From Candidatus Omnitrophota bacterium (GTDB taxonomy: Bacteria; Omnitrophota; Omnitrophia; Omnitrophales; Aquincolibacteriaceae), in NCBI GenBank assembly GCA_049324575.1, contig JBMONI010000024.1:53144-117143 (forward strand): a stretch of DNA of 64,000 bases. The letters run 5' to 3'. A program made the position numbers and the translations under genes. Positions 29,844 through 41,500 of the stretch are shown one piece after another (position 1 is the stretch's first letter; each line of letters opens with the position of its first letter). The notes beneath the pieces were generated by a model. It searched no databases. It had not been told where the DNA came from and was given only the letters and a program-made list of their open reading frames with translations.

Positions 29844-31478
29844 TCAGGCCGGTTTCCGGCTCCGGAGAACCGAAAAGGCTTCGAAGGCGATCACCGCGGA
29901 AACCGCGATCATCACGATCGCGATCCCCGCGATCAGATAATCGGGATCCGGCCTGCCGCCCGACCGGCGATGCAGAGCGCTAACGCATTGGAAGACAAAG
30001 GCCGCGATCGTGGTCAAAAGCATCAGCACCGCCGGGATCAGGGTCGCCCAGAACGAACGGCCCCGGTGGAGCAGCCAGCACGAAGTGACAAGCAACGCGA
30101 GCCCCGCGATCAGCTGATTGGCCGCTCCGAACGCGGGCCAGATCCGGTTCCACTGGCCGGTGAGAGCGAGCGCCGCGCTGACCGTGATCACGATCAAAGT
30201 CGACACATACTTGTTCTTGATCCCGAAAAGTTCGCTGGTGAGGTAACGGCCGATACGGGTGGATGCATCCAGGGTCGTCAGCACAAAAGCATTCAGCACC
30301 AGGACCGCAAAAGGTCCCCCGTAGTCCCCGAAGATCGGTCGGGTGATTGCCCCAAAGCCCCGTCCGAAGACCTGGATCGGTCCCGCGGCGCGCAGCGTTC
30401 CGCTGAGCTCCGCATGCGAGAGCCCGGCCGCCACGGCGATAATCACGAGCACCGCGACGAAGCCTTCGAGCAGCATGCCCCCATAGGTGATGCGGAGCGC
30501 ATATTTTTCGGAGGGGATCTGCTTCGAACTGGTCCCCGAAGAGACCAGGGAATGGAACCCCGAGATCGCCCCGCAAGCCACGGTCACAAACAACATCGGC
30601 CAAAGCCAGCCAGCGTCTTTCCAATCCGCGGGAGCGAAGGCGCGGGCGAACGGGCTCGTGAAATCCGGATGCGTGATCAGAACGCCCGCGGTCCCAAGGG
30701 CCACCGCCGCAAATAGCAGATAGCTCGCGATGTAATCACGCGGCTGTAAAAGAAGCTGGACCGGCAGAACCGAGGCAAAAAAACAGTAGACCAGAAGCGA
30801 CAGGATCCACACGGTCAAAGGTTCCAGGCCCGCCACCATCCCCAGCTTGACCGGGACCTTGGTCCCGAGCCAAAGGAGAAAGACCAAGAGACCGACCCCG
30901 AGCCCCGTCACCAGGTTCATATTCCATTCCCGCCGGTAGGCCAGCCATCCGACCAGCATCGCCACCGGGATCAATCCATAGGACGGCAGGACCGCATCCG
31001 GCTCGGCGATGAAAGTCTGGGCCGTAAAAAGGGAGAACACCGCCACGATCAGGATCAGGGCGAGCCAGATGAAGATCAGGAAAAGAAGGCGCGCCCGTTT
31101 CGAGATCTCCGCGCACGCGATCTCCCCCACCGAATTGCCGCGCGAGCGGATGCTGACGATGAGGGTCGAAAAATCATGAACGCCGCCGAGGAAGGCCGAA
31201 CCGAAAAGGACCCAAAGGAGCGCGGGCCCCCATCCCCAGTACGCGCAGGCAAGGACCGGACCGATAACCGGGCCTGCACCCGCGATCGCCGAAAAATGAT
31301 GGCCGAAAAGGACCATCCAGTTCTTGGCGGGAACAAAGTCAACGCCGTCGGACTGTTCATGTGCAGGAGTCTTCCGGTTCTCATCCACGCCGAAAAGACG
31401 CGACAGATACCGCCCGTAAAAACGATAAGCCACGGCCATCCCGAGGATCGCGGCGGCAAGGATCCAAATGGAATTCAT
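29844..31478 (-). CDS. cstA: Carbon starvation CstA-family transporter
   Basis: LFGHHFSAIAGAGPVIGP, LLQPRDY, VACGAISGFHSLVSSGT, IWPAFGAANQL. Confidence 0.93.
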   Translation of the reverse strand: MNSIWILAAAILGMAVAYRFYGRYLSRLFGVDENRKTPAHEQSDGVDFVPAKNWMVLFGHHFSAIAGAGPVIGPVLACAYWGWGPALLWVLFGSAFLGGVHDFSTLIVSIRSRGNSVGEIACAEISKRARLLFLIFIWLALILIVAVFSLFTAQTFIAEPDAVLPSYGLIPVAMLVGWLAYRREWNMNLVTGLGVGLLVFLLWLGTKVPVKLGMVAGLEPLTVWILSLLVYCFFASVLPVQLLLQPRDYIASYLLFAAVALGTAGVLITHPDFTSPFARAFAPADWKDAGWLWPMLFVTVACGAISGFHSLVSSGTSSKQIPSEKYALRITYGGMLLEGFVAVLVIIAVAAGLSHAELSGTLRAAGPIQVFGRGFGAITRPIFGDYGGPFAVLVLNAFVLTTLDASTRIGRYLTSELFGIKNKYVSTLIVITVSAALALTGQWNRIWPAFGAANQLIAGLALLVTSCWLLHRGRSFWATLIPAVLMLLTTIAAFVFQCVSALHRRSGGRPDPDYLIAGIAIVMIAVSAVIAFEAFSVLRSRKPA

Positions 31479-31494
31479 CGTCCCGATCTCCGAT

Positions 31495-32238
31495 TCACCC
31501 GGTTGACGAAGCTTCTTCCGTCTTCGAAGCGGCAAGCCCCTGGATCAATTCCCCCACCACTTGGGTCAAAGCGCTGTTCTTCGAAGAAGCCGGGGGATCC
31601 CCGGTCACGGGACCCGTCCCGGGCGGAGGAGGTCTTTGAAAAGGCGGATGGCGATGATAAGTCCCCAGCGCCGGCCTATCGTAAGCCGATGCCACGCTCC
31701 CTTGCGATGGCGCCGCATAAGCGTTCGAGGTCGGGACCTGAGATTGCGCCGCCCCTTGAGCGGCCGGTGGATAGGCCGAAGCAAGGGTCGCGATCGGCGC
31801 TGTTTCGACAAACGCCGCCGGCAGAGGCTCTTTTTCCGGAATAAGATCGAAATCGATCCTCGTCGTCGCCTGGCGCATGATCCTCACCGTTTTAGCCGCC
31901 TCTTCGTGAAGCGGCGCCGTTACCCTCACCTTATATTCCCCTTCGGGAAGATCCTCGACGAGATAGAGCCCTTGTTTATCGGTCTCCACCGAAGCGACCA
32001 CGGACCCGCTGGCACCCGATATCTCGATCGGAACCTGCCAAAGAGGCTTGGCAATGTTGCGGTCCTGGACCGTCCCTTCGAGTGTTCCGGTCTTCGGCGT
32101 GAAAAAATTCGCCTTCAGGGAGTAGACCCCTCCGGCGACTGTGATGATCCCTGCCATGATGGCAATGATCAGATTCAGCATCTGAAGATGGGTCAGCGCC
32201 CGGTGCGGCGGGCTCGGGTTCGGATTGAAAGCACTCAT
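31495..32238 (-). CDS. Membrane-anchored protein with carboxypeptidase-regulatory-like domain and Pro/Ala-rich tail
   Basis: Single TM, GTLEGTVQD...TDKQGLY...LPEGEYKVRVTAP. Confidence 0.75.
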   Translation of the reverse strand: MSAFNPNPSPPHRALTHLQMLNLIIAIMAGIITVAGGVYSLKANFFTPKTGTLEGTVQDRNIAKPLWQVPIEISGASGSVVASVETDKQGLYLVEDLPEGEYKVRVTAPLHEEAAKTVRIMRQATTRIDFDLIPEKEPLPAAFVETAPIATLASAYPPAAQGAAQSQVPTSNAYAAPSQGSVASAYDRPALGTYHRHPPFQRPPPPGTGPVTGDPPASSKNSALTQVVGELIQGLAASKTEEASSTG

Positions 32239-32425
32239 TCGATCGATCGGGGAAACAAGGTCCCTCAGAGCTTTCTCATGTTTATTTGTGTTTCGGGAAC
32301 GCTAAAAAACCTATCGAGGAACCTATTATAGTCAAAACTTCCCCGTTTGTCTTGGATCGGATCTTAATGAAGCTTCGCGCAGGGAAAGCGGGCCTTGACC
32401 GGGGGTTTGAACCCGGTCCGGCGCC

Positions 32426-32818
32426 TTATTGTGAGCCGCGGGAGACTTTATAAAACCGGAAAAGCGAGGAACGATGGCGGGCCGTCCATCGGTAGGCCGT
32501 TTCCATGAGCCATCGAAGCCAAGGGAATTTTTCGTAAGCAGCTAAACAGCACCGATGCTGTCCGGCAAGCGAAAGAGCTTTCAGGACCGCATGCGCCCCG
32601 GAATAAACCGTCCCTTGCGGCAAGAGAAGCTGGACCGCTTCCCGGCACTGGGCCTCGGTGACTTGGGGGTAAGCAGCAAGCCTTTTCTGATAAGGTTCAT
32701 AGCGCACGTGATCGCCTGTTTTCCGGCGCCATTTTTCAATCCAGTGCCGGCAAAACCCGCAATCATTGTCATACAGCATGACCGGACATTCTTCCGGGAT
32801 TGACTTTGTATTCTTCAA
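32426..32818 (-). CDS. DCC1-like thiol-disulfide oxidoreductase (DUF393)
   Basis: LYDNDCGFC motif, GAHA, AYRWTARHR. Confidence 0.85.
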   Translation of the reverse strand: MKNTKSIPEECPVMLYDNDCGFCRHWIEKWRRKTGDHVRYEPYQKRLAAYPQVTEAQCREAVQLLLPQGTVYSGAHAVLKALSLAGQHRCCLAAYEKFPWLRWLMETAYRWTARHRSSLFRFYKVSRGSQ

Positions 32819-32833
32819 AACGGAGGTCCGCGC

Positions 32834-33403
32834 TTAGGCCGGCGTGATCTTATTGAAACGAGAGCCTTCCAGGGTCAAATTGCCCATAAAACCTTTTTGA
32901 TCGAGCACAAAAGCAACGATCGGCTGATTGGTTTTCGTGGTATCCACCGATCCATCCACGCCGAGGGTCACCAACGCAACGGAGCCATCCACACCGACCT
33001 GCCATCCGTCCCCTTCCTGAAAATCCTTGAGCGCGCTCTCTTCCATGAATAAGAGATAAACTCTCCGGGCCTGCCCTCCGAACTGGAAGCCCAGAGAACC
33101 GCCGATCGTATTGTAATAGTCGACCGTGACTCCCGCGATTTGAAGTGCTCCGGTTCCATATTCCCCTCCCACCACGAATCCGGCCTTGATCACGGAAGGA
33201 AAGACGAGAACCCCTTTCGCCTTGGCCAACATGTCCTTAGCCCCAGGAACTTCTTTCTCGAAATAATCGAGCGCCGTTTTCACGCTCGCATCGATCTCCA
33301 GCGCCGATTTTGCGCAGGCCGGCGGAGCCAAAATCGCCAAGCTCAAAAAAAACGATCCCGCGAAAAAAAAGCTCGCAGACCCCCGAAGCATCGGCTTCAT
33401 CAC
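32834..33403 (-). CDS. YSC84/SYLF-domain lipid-binding protein
   Basis: AKGVLVFPSVIKAGFVVGGEYGTG, GSLGFQFGGQ, GFMGNLTLEGS; AAGGAGG RBS. Confidence 0.88.
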   Translation of the reverse strand: MMKPMLRGSASFFFAGSFFLSLAILAPPACAKSALEIDASVKTALDYFEKEVPGAKDMLAKAKGVLVFPSVIKAGFVVGGEYGTGALQIAGVTVDYYNTIGGSLGFQFGGQARRVYLLFMEESALKDFQEGDGWQVGVDGSVALVTLGVDGSVDTTKTNQPIVAFVLDQKGFMGNLTLEGSRFNKITPA

Positions 33404-33583
33404 AACCTCCTTTGGACGCGTCAGCCGCTGACTCCCGAAGCAAGGACCGCGCTCAAAAAATCCGCTCCGGGACCTTCTTTTTGGGATTGGATTTTACCCC
33501 ACCACTTTAATCTGTTAGCGTTCCGCGTCCAGAGGCCAAGCCGGGCTTTTTTAGACTTTTTTCTCCCTAGGACCGTTCCAATA

Positions 33584-35044
33584 TTACGTTCTCATCTGGG
33601 CGACCACTCGCTGGAACCCGGCCAGATCTTCCTTGTTCGCCAGCACCAGCAGGACATCCCCGCCCTCGATCACCGTCGAACCGGAAGGCACGAGGAATTT
33701 CCCTTCCCGCGACACGAGGACAATAAGGCATTTCTCGGGAACACCCAATCCGCCGATCTTCCTCCCCACCGCCTCCGACTCATAGGGAATGATCACGTCC
33801 GTCAATTCGGCATCGATCGCCTCGGTTTTCTCGAATTCGATGGGGTAATTGATCTTGGTAACCCAAGGCACATCCAGTTTCAATACTTTGGCGAGCATTT
33901 GGATAGTCCCGCCCTGGATAAAAACCGAAGCCAAGACAACGAAAAAAACGACATTAAAGATCGTATCGGCCTGCGGGATCCCGGCCATGAAAGGAAAGGT
34001 CGCCAGGATGATCGGCGCCGAGCCTTTGAGCCCGACCCAGGCGATCATGGCCTTTTTCCGCAAGCTGAACTTGAACGGCAAGAGGCACAACAGAACGCTG
34101 ACAGGCCGGGCGACCAGCATCAGCAGAACGGTGAGAAGCAATCCGGCCCCCATCAAGGGGACGATATGGGAAGGGAACACAAGAAGTCCGAAAGTCACGA
34201 ACATGACGATCTGCATGAGCCAGGCCAAGCCGTCATGGAACCTCATGATCATTCTTTTGTTGGAAAACTCTTCCCGTCCCAAGATCAGGCCGGCCAGATA
34301 AACGGCGAGGAATCCGTTGCCTTTCAAAAAATAAGCGGCCACGTAAGTCAGCAAGACCAGGGAGATCATAATGACCGGATACAGTCCTTCGTATTCCAAT
34401 TTCAACCGTTTCACGAGAAAAACGATCACCTTGGCCATGAGAAATCCGACCAGGGCCCCCATCCCCATATCGATAAAAAACCTCGGGATCAAACCCAGCG
34501 CGGTGGAGCCCTTGACCGTCAGCAGGCCGATAAAGCTGACGGTCAGGAAAACGGCCATGGGGTCATTGCTTCCGGATTCGAACTCCAGGAGGGGTTTCAA
34601 AGGCGGTTTGAGGCTGACCCGCTTCGACCGAAGAATGCTGAATACAGCAGCGGCATCCGTCGAAGAGACGATCGAACCCAGGAGCAGCCCTTGCAGGAAG
34701 GAAAACTTCAAAATATAAACCGCGAAAAGCCCCACGATGGCCGCGGTCAGGAACACCCCTAACGTAGCGAGCAAGATCCCCGGTGCGATCACCGGCTTGA
34801 TCTCTTTCCAATTTGTGTCGAAACCGCCGGAGAAAATAATGAAGATCAACGCGAGGATCCCGATCGACTTCGCCACCTCGGCGTTATCAAAATAGATCTT
34901 GCCGATCCCCTCGGAACCCGCGAACATCCCGATGAACAAAAAGATGAGCAGAACGGGGATCGCGAACCGGTCCGAGACCTTGCTGGAGATCACGCTGACA
35001 AAGATCAGAAGCGCGACCCCCAATAAAATATTTTCTAATACCAT
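33584..35044 (-). CDS. cvrA: Potassium/proton antiporter (NhaP2/CvrA) with TrkA-C domain
   Basis: SSTDAAAVFS, LEFESGSNDPMAVFLT, WVGLKGSAPIILATFP, C-terminal RCK_C. Confidence 0.88.
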   Translation of the reverse strand: MVLENILLGVALLIFVSVISSKVSDRFAIPVLLIFLFIGMFAGSEGIGKIYFDNAEVAKSIGILALIFIIFSGGFDTNWKEIKPVIAPGILLATLGVFLTAAIVGLFAVYILKFSFLQGLLLGSIVSSTDAAAVFSILRSKRVSLKPPLKPLLEFESGSNDPMAVFLTVSFIGLLTVKGSTALGLIPRFFIDMGMGALVGFLMAKVIVFLVKRLKLEYEGLYPVIMISLVLLTYVAAYFLKGNGFLAVYLAGLILGREEFSNKRMIMRFHDGLAWLMQIVMFVTFGLLVFPSHIVPLMGAGLLLTVLLMLVARPVSVLLCLLPFKFSLRKKAMIAWVGLKGSAPIILATFPFMAGIPQADTIFNVVFFVVLASVFIQGGTIQMLAKVLKLDVPWVTKINYPIEFEKTEAIDAELTDVIIPYESEAVGRKIGGLGVPEKCLIVLVSREGKFLVPSGSTVIEGGDVLLVLANKEDLAGFQRVVAQMRT

Positions 35045-35225
35045 GGCCTTGCCACTCCCGTTGAGATCGTCTCAATTATTCTAACCGATGCAGGCAACCG
35101 AGTCTTTACTCAAGAAGGACAAGCCCCGCCTCGAAAGCCCCCCCCCCTCTAGAAGCGGATCAAAATAACACACAAAAGCACCTTTGATCAAACACCGGAG
35201 GTTTGATGAGGGTGCGGTACCAGCA

Positions 35226-35260
35226 ATAAAAAAACCCCGCCAAAAGGCGGGGCTTTTTAT
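35226..35260 (-). terminator. Intrinsic terminator after tRNA-Glu
   Basis: ccccgcc-aaaa-ggcgggg stem flanked by A and T tracts. Confidence 0.85.
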
Positions 35261-35338
35261 TGGCGTCCCTAACGGGATTTGAACCCGTGTCGCCAGAATG
35301 AAAATCTGGTGTCCTAGACCAAGCTAGACGATAGGGAC
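35261..35338 (-). tRNA. tRNA-Glu (anticodon TTC)
   Basis: GTCCCTA/TAGGGAC acceptor stem, CCAGA-TTTTCAT-TCTGG anticodon arm, GGTTCAAATCC T-arm, encoded CCA. Confidence 0.96.
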
Positions 35339-35442
35339 GCGAAGGAAAGGAATTATACTGAGAGAATGAGGTCCAGGAAAGCTCTATCTTCAATAGGATC
35401 CGTGCCCGGAGCTACGGCTTTGAAAGACCTCTCTCTAAAACT

Positions 35443-35468
35443 GTAGGGCACGTTTAAACGTGCCCTCC
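35443..35468. repeat. GTAG-type REP-like palindrome, copy 2
   Basis: GTAGGGCACGTTTAAACGTGCCCTCC; differs from copy 1 by a compensatory base pair and one terminal base. Confidence 0.75.
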
Positions 35469-35525
35469 CTTAGTGTATTGTCCTTAGTGGGCAAACGAAG
35501 ACTGTGGGCAATCCCCAATAAAGGG

Positions 35526-38500
35526 TTAGGCTGCGGTCGAGATCAGAAGATCGATCCTGGCCCGTTCAAGGATCCCGAGGACCGCGTTGAATTCGCCCGG
35601 AGCGTCGGCTTCAGCATCGTGGACGGCGTAGGATTCTCCGGGCTGTGCCTCAAGAAGCGACCGCACGACGACCATCATATGGGCGGCAAGCCGCGATGGA
35701 GAACGGCCGGAAGAATACTTCCATACACGCGCAATTCCCGCGCGCCTTTCGACACGCCCCACGGAATCTTCATCCAGAAGGACCGCATGGGACCCCACCA
35801 GCCGTGTTTGCGGAAGCGAAGCCATCACACGGCGTTCCGCGTTATCCCCCACGACCTGAAATTGTCCCGGCGCCGGGACAATTCCCGCCTGTTGAGCTTT
35901 GGCAAGGATCCGCGCCTGATAAAAAGCCGCAAAGGCTGCATCATAACCCGTAAGGTTCAACCGAAGCTCCGCACGGGTCAGGACCACAGCCCCAAGCACG
36001 GCGGGCAAATATTCGGCAAGTTGATCGAGTTCGGCCCCACGGAGGAGCGGCAAGCGCACATGGGCCGTTCGCCCTTCTTCGCGAGGTTCCGCGACAGCAG
36101 AAGGTCGCGCCGATAGGAAACGCGAATCGGCCAGCCAAGGTTGAAGAAGATCCACTAATTCCGCGTTATCGACCGAGGCCGCCCCAGGCTCATCCGCAAG
36201 CAAGGCAAGGACCGCCCCCTCCCGCTCGTCCCCGGTCATTTCGAGAGGAAGAAGCACTCCAGGCGCAAAGTCCGTGATACGAACTTCCGCCCCTCCGGGG
36301 AAATCATTCCGCAAAACCGTTTTCCATTCCGAGGTCGAGGGGATCGAACGCACTTCCGCGCGCGGTCCCAGGACTTCATCATGCTCAATCCCGGTTTTGC
36401 CGAGAAGTTCTTTGATGTAGCCGACCATTTCTTCTTTGACCGATTCCGCCACAGGCTCTCCGCCCCTGTTGATGAAAAGCGTCAGGGTATCCGTCAAATA
36501 TCCCTTGCCGTAAAAGAGCCCGACAATATTGATCCCGAATTTCTCGAATAGCCCCTGGGTCGCAAGATAGACGAAATTCTCCCAGCGGGTCACCCGGATG
36601 TTGAGAACGCTTGTCGGAACCATGGCTTTTCCTGTCATGCCTTCCACTTCGAACTGCGTGTCACGGGCAAAAGTGGCTTCCGTCATCGGGCTGTTCCCGG
36701 AATCGACAAAACGCTCAAAGTGGCCCGAGTGCCCCTGTCCGGCAAAGATCTCGCGAAGGATCGCCGCATGAGTTCCGGGTTCGGATTCCGCCGCCAGGAG
36801 CCGGTTCAGATCCTCTTCCAGCGCCCTCTGTTCTTTACCGGAAATATCCTGACCGGCTTTCAGCCGGATCAAAAGCCTTTTGAAGACCATGGGACCGTAG
36901 GCACTGACCCGCGCGCTTTCGACCACGATGTCACGCGAAGCCAGAACCCCGGTCAAGCTCGCGAAAAGGCCGGGACGATCCCCCTTGAACCCGAAAATGA
37001 TCTCCCGGTAAGAATCCGGCAAGCCTTCGACCTTCGCCACCGAGATCTTGGCGGGCCGGGAAGCGATCTTGACATGCGCAAAAAACAAAAGCTGCTTCAG
37101 GACCGCGTCCTCGCTCAGACTGTGAACATATTCCGGACGGAAGTGCCCCAAATATTCCTTGATCAGTTCCCTGTAATTTTCCGGAGAAAAAAGCGCCTTC
37201 AGCGCCGTTTTTTCATCCTCGGACGCATGGCTTTGTCCCAAATACTCGTTCAAATACCGGACCCCCAAAGGAGTTCCGTCACGAACGAGAAGCAATTGCG
37301 CCTCAAGGTCCGGAATAAATGCCCTCGCCCATTCGAATCGAAGTTCCCGCACTTCGTCTTCAGCCGTCTGAAAAGCCACCGCCTCCAACCGCCCGGCGCT
37401 TAAAGCGTGGGACGCCGCCAGATAAGCCTTTTCCATCTGCGTGATCGAAAAACCGCCGTTATGCATCATCGCGGGCTCGATCTCCGCCGGGATCTCCGCG
37501 ATCTTGCGGACAGCGACCATTAAATAGAGCAGCTTGAGGTTCTCCGGAGTATCCCGATGGACCCGCGCAAGAAACTCCTCCGCGATCTTCTCCGCCCCGT
37601 TGGAAAGCAGATCGCGCATCGCGATCATTTCATTCGCCCCGTCGACCAGCGCAAGGATGGCCTCGCGCTCGGGATCGCTGAGCCGCGGAATATCGCTCAA
37701 ATACGCCCTCCGATCGAAAGCATCGAAATCGGCCAAAAAGATCGCAAAACGCAGGATGCGGCGCAGCGACGCATCCGCTACGACCTCCTCATAGATCTTC
37801 GGTAATTGATAGAGCTGGTAGCGGCTGGTGCTGAGGATATCGTTCAGGATCTGATACGCCCGGTTGACCATCATATCCGCGGAATAGAAATCATCCGGAT
37901 TCGGGAATCTGCCGCTCAATTTTTCGTAGCCCGGAGCCATGAGCCGCAGAAAAGTCGTCGTATGCTGATAACGCCAAAAGGTGTAATAAATAGCCTCCTC
38001 AAGGCTGAAAAGATCATACAGACCATTCGCCTGAAGTTCCTGCGCCGCGGCATGATGTCCCGCCATCAGCGAACGCGCCTTGGACAGAAGCATGAGCAGT
38101 TCCTGGCTGGGCCCGATATGGCGTTCGGTCGCGATCTGAAAAGCCGTTGCGATCCGTCCCGAAGATGCGGCGTACCGTTCGGCGCTCGTCACGGGCGAAG
38201 GATAAAGCTGATCGGCTTGGTCAAAAACAAAACCTGCTCTGGGAGAGAAACGGAAACCGATCCGGTTCCTGCTCACAAGATCCTCATTGACTCTACGTGA
38301 AGCGCCATAAACAGGCGCATACTGTAATTTCACGATCTCGGGGACCGCCCGGGTCACAAGGACAAAGACGTTATTGATGTGGTGATAATAGTCCCTAAAA
38401 AATTCCCGCGACAGACTCTCTTGCGAAATTTCCGTCGCCACGTCTCTTCCCAGCGCCGCATGAAACCTCCCGACGAATTCGAGGACTATTTCCGGGTAGA

Positions 38501-41500
38501 TCTTACGGCGCTTCGGATAATGTTCATTGAAGACCGCTTCGGCCCGGGAAAGAAAAAGATAGGATTCTTCCAGTTTAGCCGCGAGCGCCTCGTCGACGAG
38601 CGTACCCGGCGCGCCTCCGATCTCGAACCGAAGATAGCGCAACATTTCGGTCATATCGGCCTGCGTCACCTCGCGTCCCGCCGAAAGCCTGTCCCTTTCC
38701 TGCGGAACAAAGACCTGCAGAGTCTCTTTAAGAAAACGCAGATCTTCCATCGTTCCGATGCCGTTACGAGGATCCAGAAGCCGTGGCCGCAAAGACATCA
38801 TCGCGCCCTGCTCCTTATACCGCCCCTGAAATCTCGCCCAAGGCCCCAAAAAGTTCATGAACGGCGCCAGCAATCCGTTGACCGCACCCCGGACAAGGTC
38901 ATCGGTCACATCCGACAACGCTTCGTAGTACGGATCGGTCGACCGGAGTTCCGACCGGAAATTCTCCAGGATCCCCGCAGTAATACGGATCTCCGGAACA
39001 CGGTTGGCCGGAACGCCGACTGAGATCGACACTTTGGAGAACTTTTTTCGAAGGTATTGAAGGAAATCCAGGAAAGCCGGATCCGAGGCAAGGGCTCCGC
39101 AAAAACAAAGATCTTTGGGCCGGTCCAAGGGATGCTGGACGTTATAATCATCCTCGGTCTGAGTCCAATCGATGATGCCGCGAAGAAGGTCCGGCCGCAG
39201 CTGGCCAAACTGATTTTCAGAGCCCGGATCATCCCGCGTGATCTCGATCTCATCTCCTTCTTCCTCCTCCCCCCTGACCAGAGAACTCAAATGCCCCGAC
39301 CATATGGACTCTTCATAGTCATTCGTCCCAAAGCTGAAAAATTGCGCGAAAGGATGCCGGACGATCGCCCGCCGATTCGCCACGGCCTCCCGTAACTCGA
39401 TCATGGCTCCATACTCGATCGTACTGCCCAGAGCCTGAGCCTCGACCGGGCGTCCTTCGGGCCCGCTCTCGATGAATTCCTTGGCGATCTCCTGGGCTTC
39501 CCGGTGCACTTCTTCGAGATAATCCAGATCGTATTCGTTCGCGACCATGGGAAAAAGAATCTGAACCAAAGGATGTTCTTTACCGAATTTTTCCGTATGC
39601 AGAATGATCGAGGCCATTTGCAAAGCAAGCAATTTGCGCCCCATCGGGGTCCGGTAGAACTGAAGTCCGGAAAGGTCCCGGGTCCGCTTGTCGAACCGGT
39701 TCAGGATTTTTCCGATAAATTTCGGACTCACAGACCGCAGGTTCGACAATTCTGTCCGGATCGCGGCCTCTTCCTTCCCTTGAAAGATCGGGATCCCAAG
39801 ATCAACACGGATATGGCGGACAAGCGGCATAAGGTCCGAAGAACCCGGATCGCGGAAAACCGCCTCCAATCGCTTTTCGACGTCTTCCCGGATCCCGTTC
39901 CAATACCCTTGGCGGTCCAGGGACTTCCCCGATTCACGAAGGATCTCGACCTGCTTATCCGACTCCAGATCGAAGGTCCGAAAAACGACCGTTTTTCCGT
40001 TCAACACCCGGTTCTGAAGGATCGGTTCATATTCGTAAAGCATCAGCTGCAGGATCTCCGAAACGGAAGACGCAGAGGCCTGAAGCTCGCCATCCTGGAT
40101 CACGGCTTCCCGTATGCAACCCAGGATCTTTTTGAGAAGCTCATGGCTCATAAATTCCGTACGGATCAGGGCGATCCCATCCGACATATTCTTTTCGTCG
40201 ATCGGATCACGCGGAGTCATATTCGCCCGGACCTTCATCGTCACCGGCAAGCGGATCTCCTTACCGTACATCACCGCCCTCGCCTTATCCAAAGCCTGCT
40301 TCCGGGCGACCTCCGGCATTCTTTCAGGCGTAGGATGCACATAAAGAACCGCGCTCTTCCGCTCGTCGGATTCGATCACGATCGGGTCCCCGACCTGAAT
40401 GCGGCCAACTTGCTCGACCACCTTTTCGTCAGCCCCGTTCAACAGGACCAGCACCGGTCGATTCGGCAAGCCCTGCGCGATGAGAACTCCGTGGGAATTA
40501 TGCGTTGCCTTCTTGAAAGCGATCCCCTCGATCCGGCTCCCGATCCGGTCCCACAACTCCTGCAGTTCGGGCCCCGCCACTTCACCGTCGATCAGGAGGA
40601 TGAACCGATCCTCCTGCTGGCCCTCCAGGATCTCGGCATAATAACCTTCCCGCATATCTACGATCTTTTTTTCCATTCCTTTTTCGATCGCCACGTCGAT
40701 CTTTTCGATCGCTTCGTTGAGGAATACATAAAGATCATATTTCGTATCCAGCTCTTTTTGCATAAACTCATCCACTTTTTCGTCCATGGCCTTCATCCCC
40801 GCCACCGCTCCCAGGACCCCTAAATATTCACGGTACATCGTGGCAGCGAAATGCTCGTAAAGGAATTGTGTCACCGAAATATTGCGAAAGGTCATCTGGC
40901 TCTTGGTTTGTTGCCCGCTTTCTTTGCTGAGGTCCAGCAAGTCCGTCATCGCCTGAATAAAGGCTTGGTAATAAGAACGGTCCGGATCGATCGCCGCAAG
41001 GTTCTGCATCGAGCGATGGGCTTTGTGCACCTCCGCCTGTTTGGCCTTGTAAAGTTGCGCGATTTCTCGCCCGCCGGGTTGATCTTCCCCGCCTAACTCG
41101 CTCAGGCGTCTGCGCAAATACAAAGCCTCTTTTCCCGAAGCCTTCTTTTTTGCCTTCCAGCCTTCGCGGACCTTCTTGAGCCGTTCGAGCCGAGCGACCT
41201 CAGCGGTCTCGCGATGCAAAAGAGCGTCAACGACTTCGGCCGCTTTTTGGATCTGGTCTTCAGCCGCTTCATGGATCCCCGCTTCGGCGCTTTCCACGAC
41301 CGGACGCACCGACAAAAGATGCTCCACCGATCGATCCGCCAATACCAAAGAAGCCTTCGTATCCTCAAGCAGTTGCAACGTATCCGCAGAAGGTTCGCCG
41401 AACTCTTCCCGCTCTCTTGCGGCCTTCTCCTTCGCCGCTCCGGCAGCCCGCCGGCAACGATCCCGCATGCTGTCCGCTCGTTCGAGAGAGAGATGGATCA

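Noticed and set aside
32397-32418. GGTTCAAACCC T-loop-like sequence
   Set aside because: Only a simple hairpin; no cloverleaf and no match to the tRNA-Glu 3' end.
33140-34762. 540-aa + strand ORF
   Set aside because: Antisense shadow of the antiporter and YSC84 genes.
35261-35338. tRNA-Glu as a genomic-island attachment site
   Set aside because: No integrase and no duplicated tRNA 3' end seen in the window.
35160-35393. 77-aa ORF
   Set aside because: Overlaps the tRNA and its terminator; spurious.
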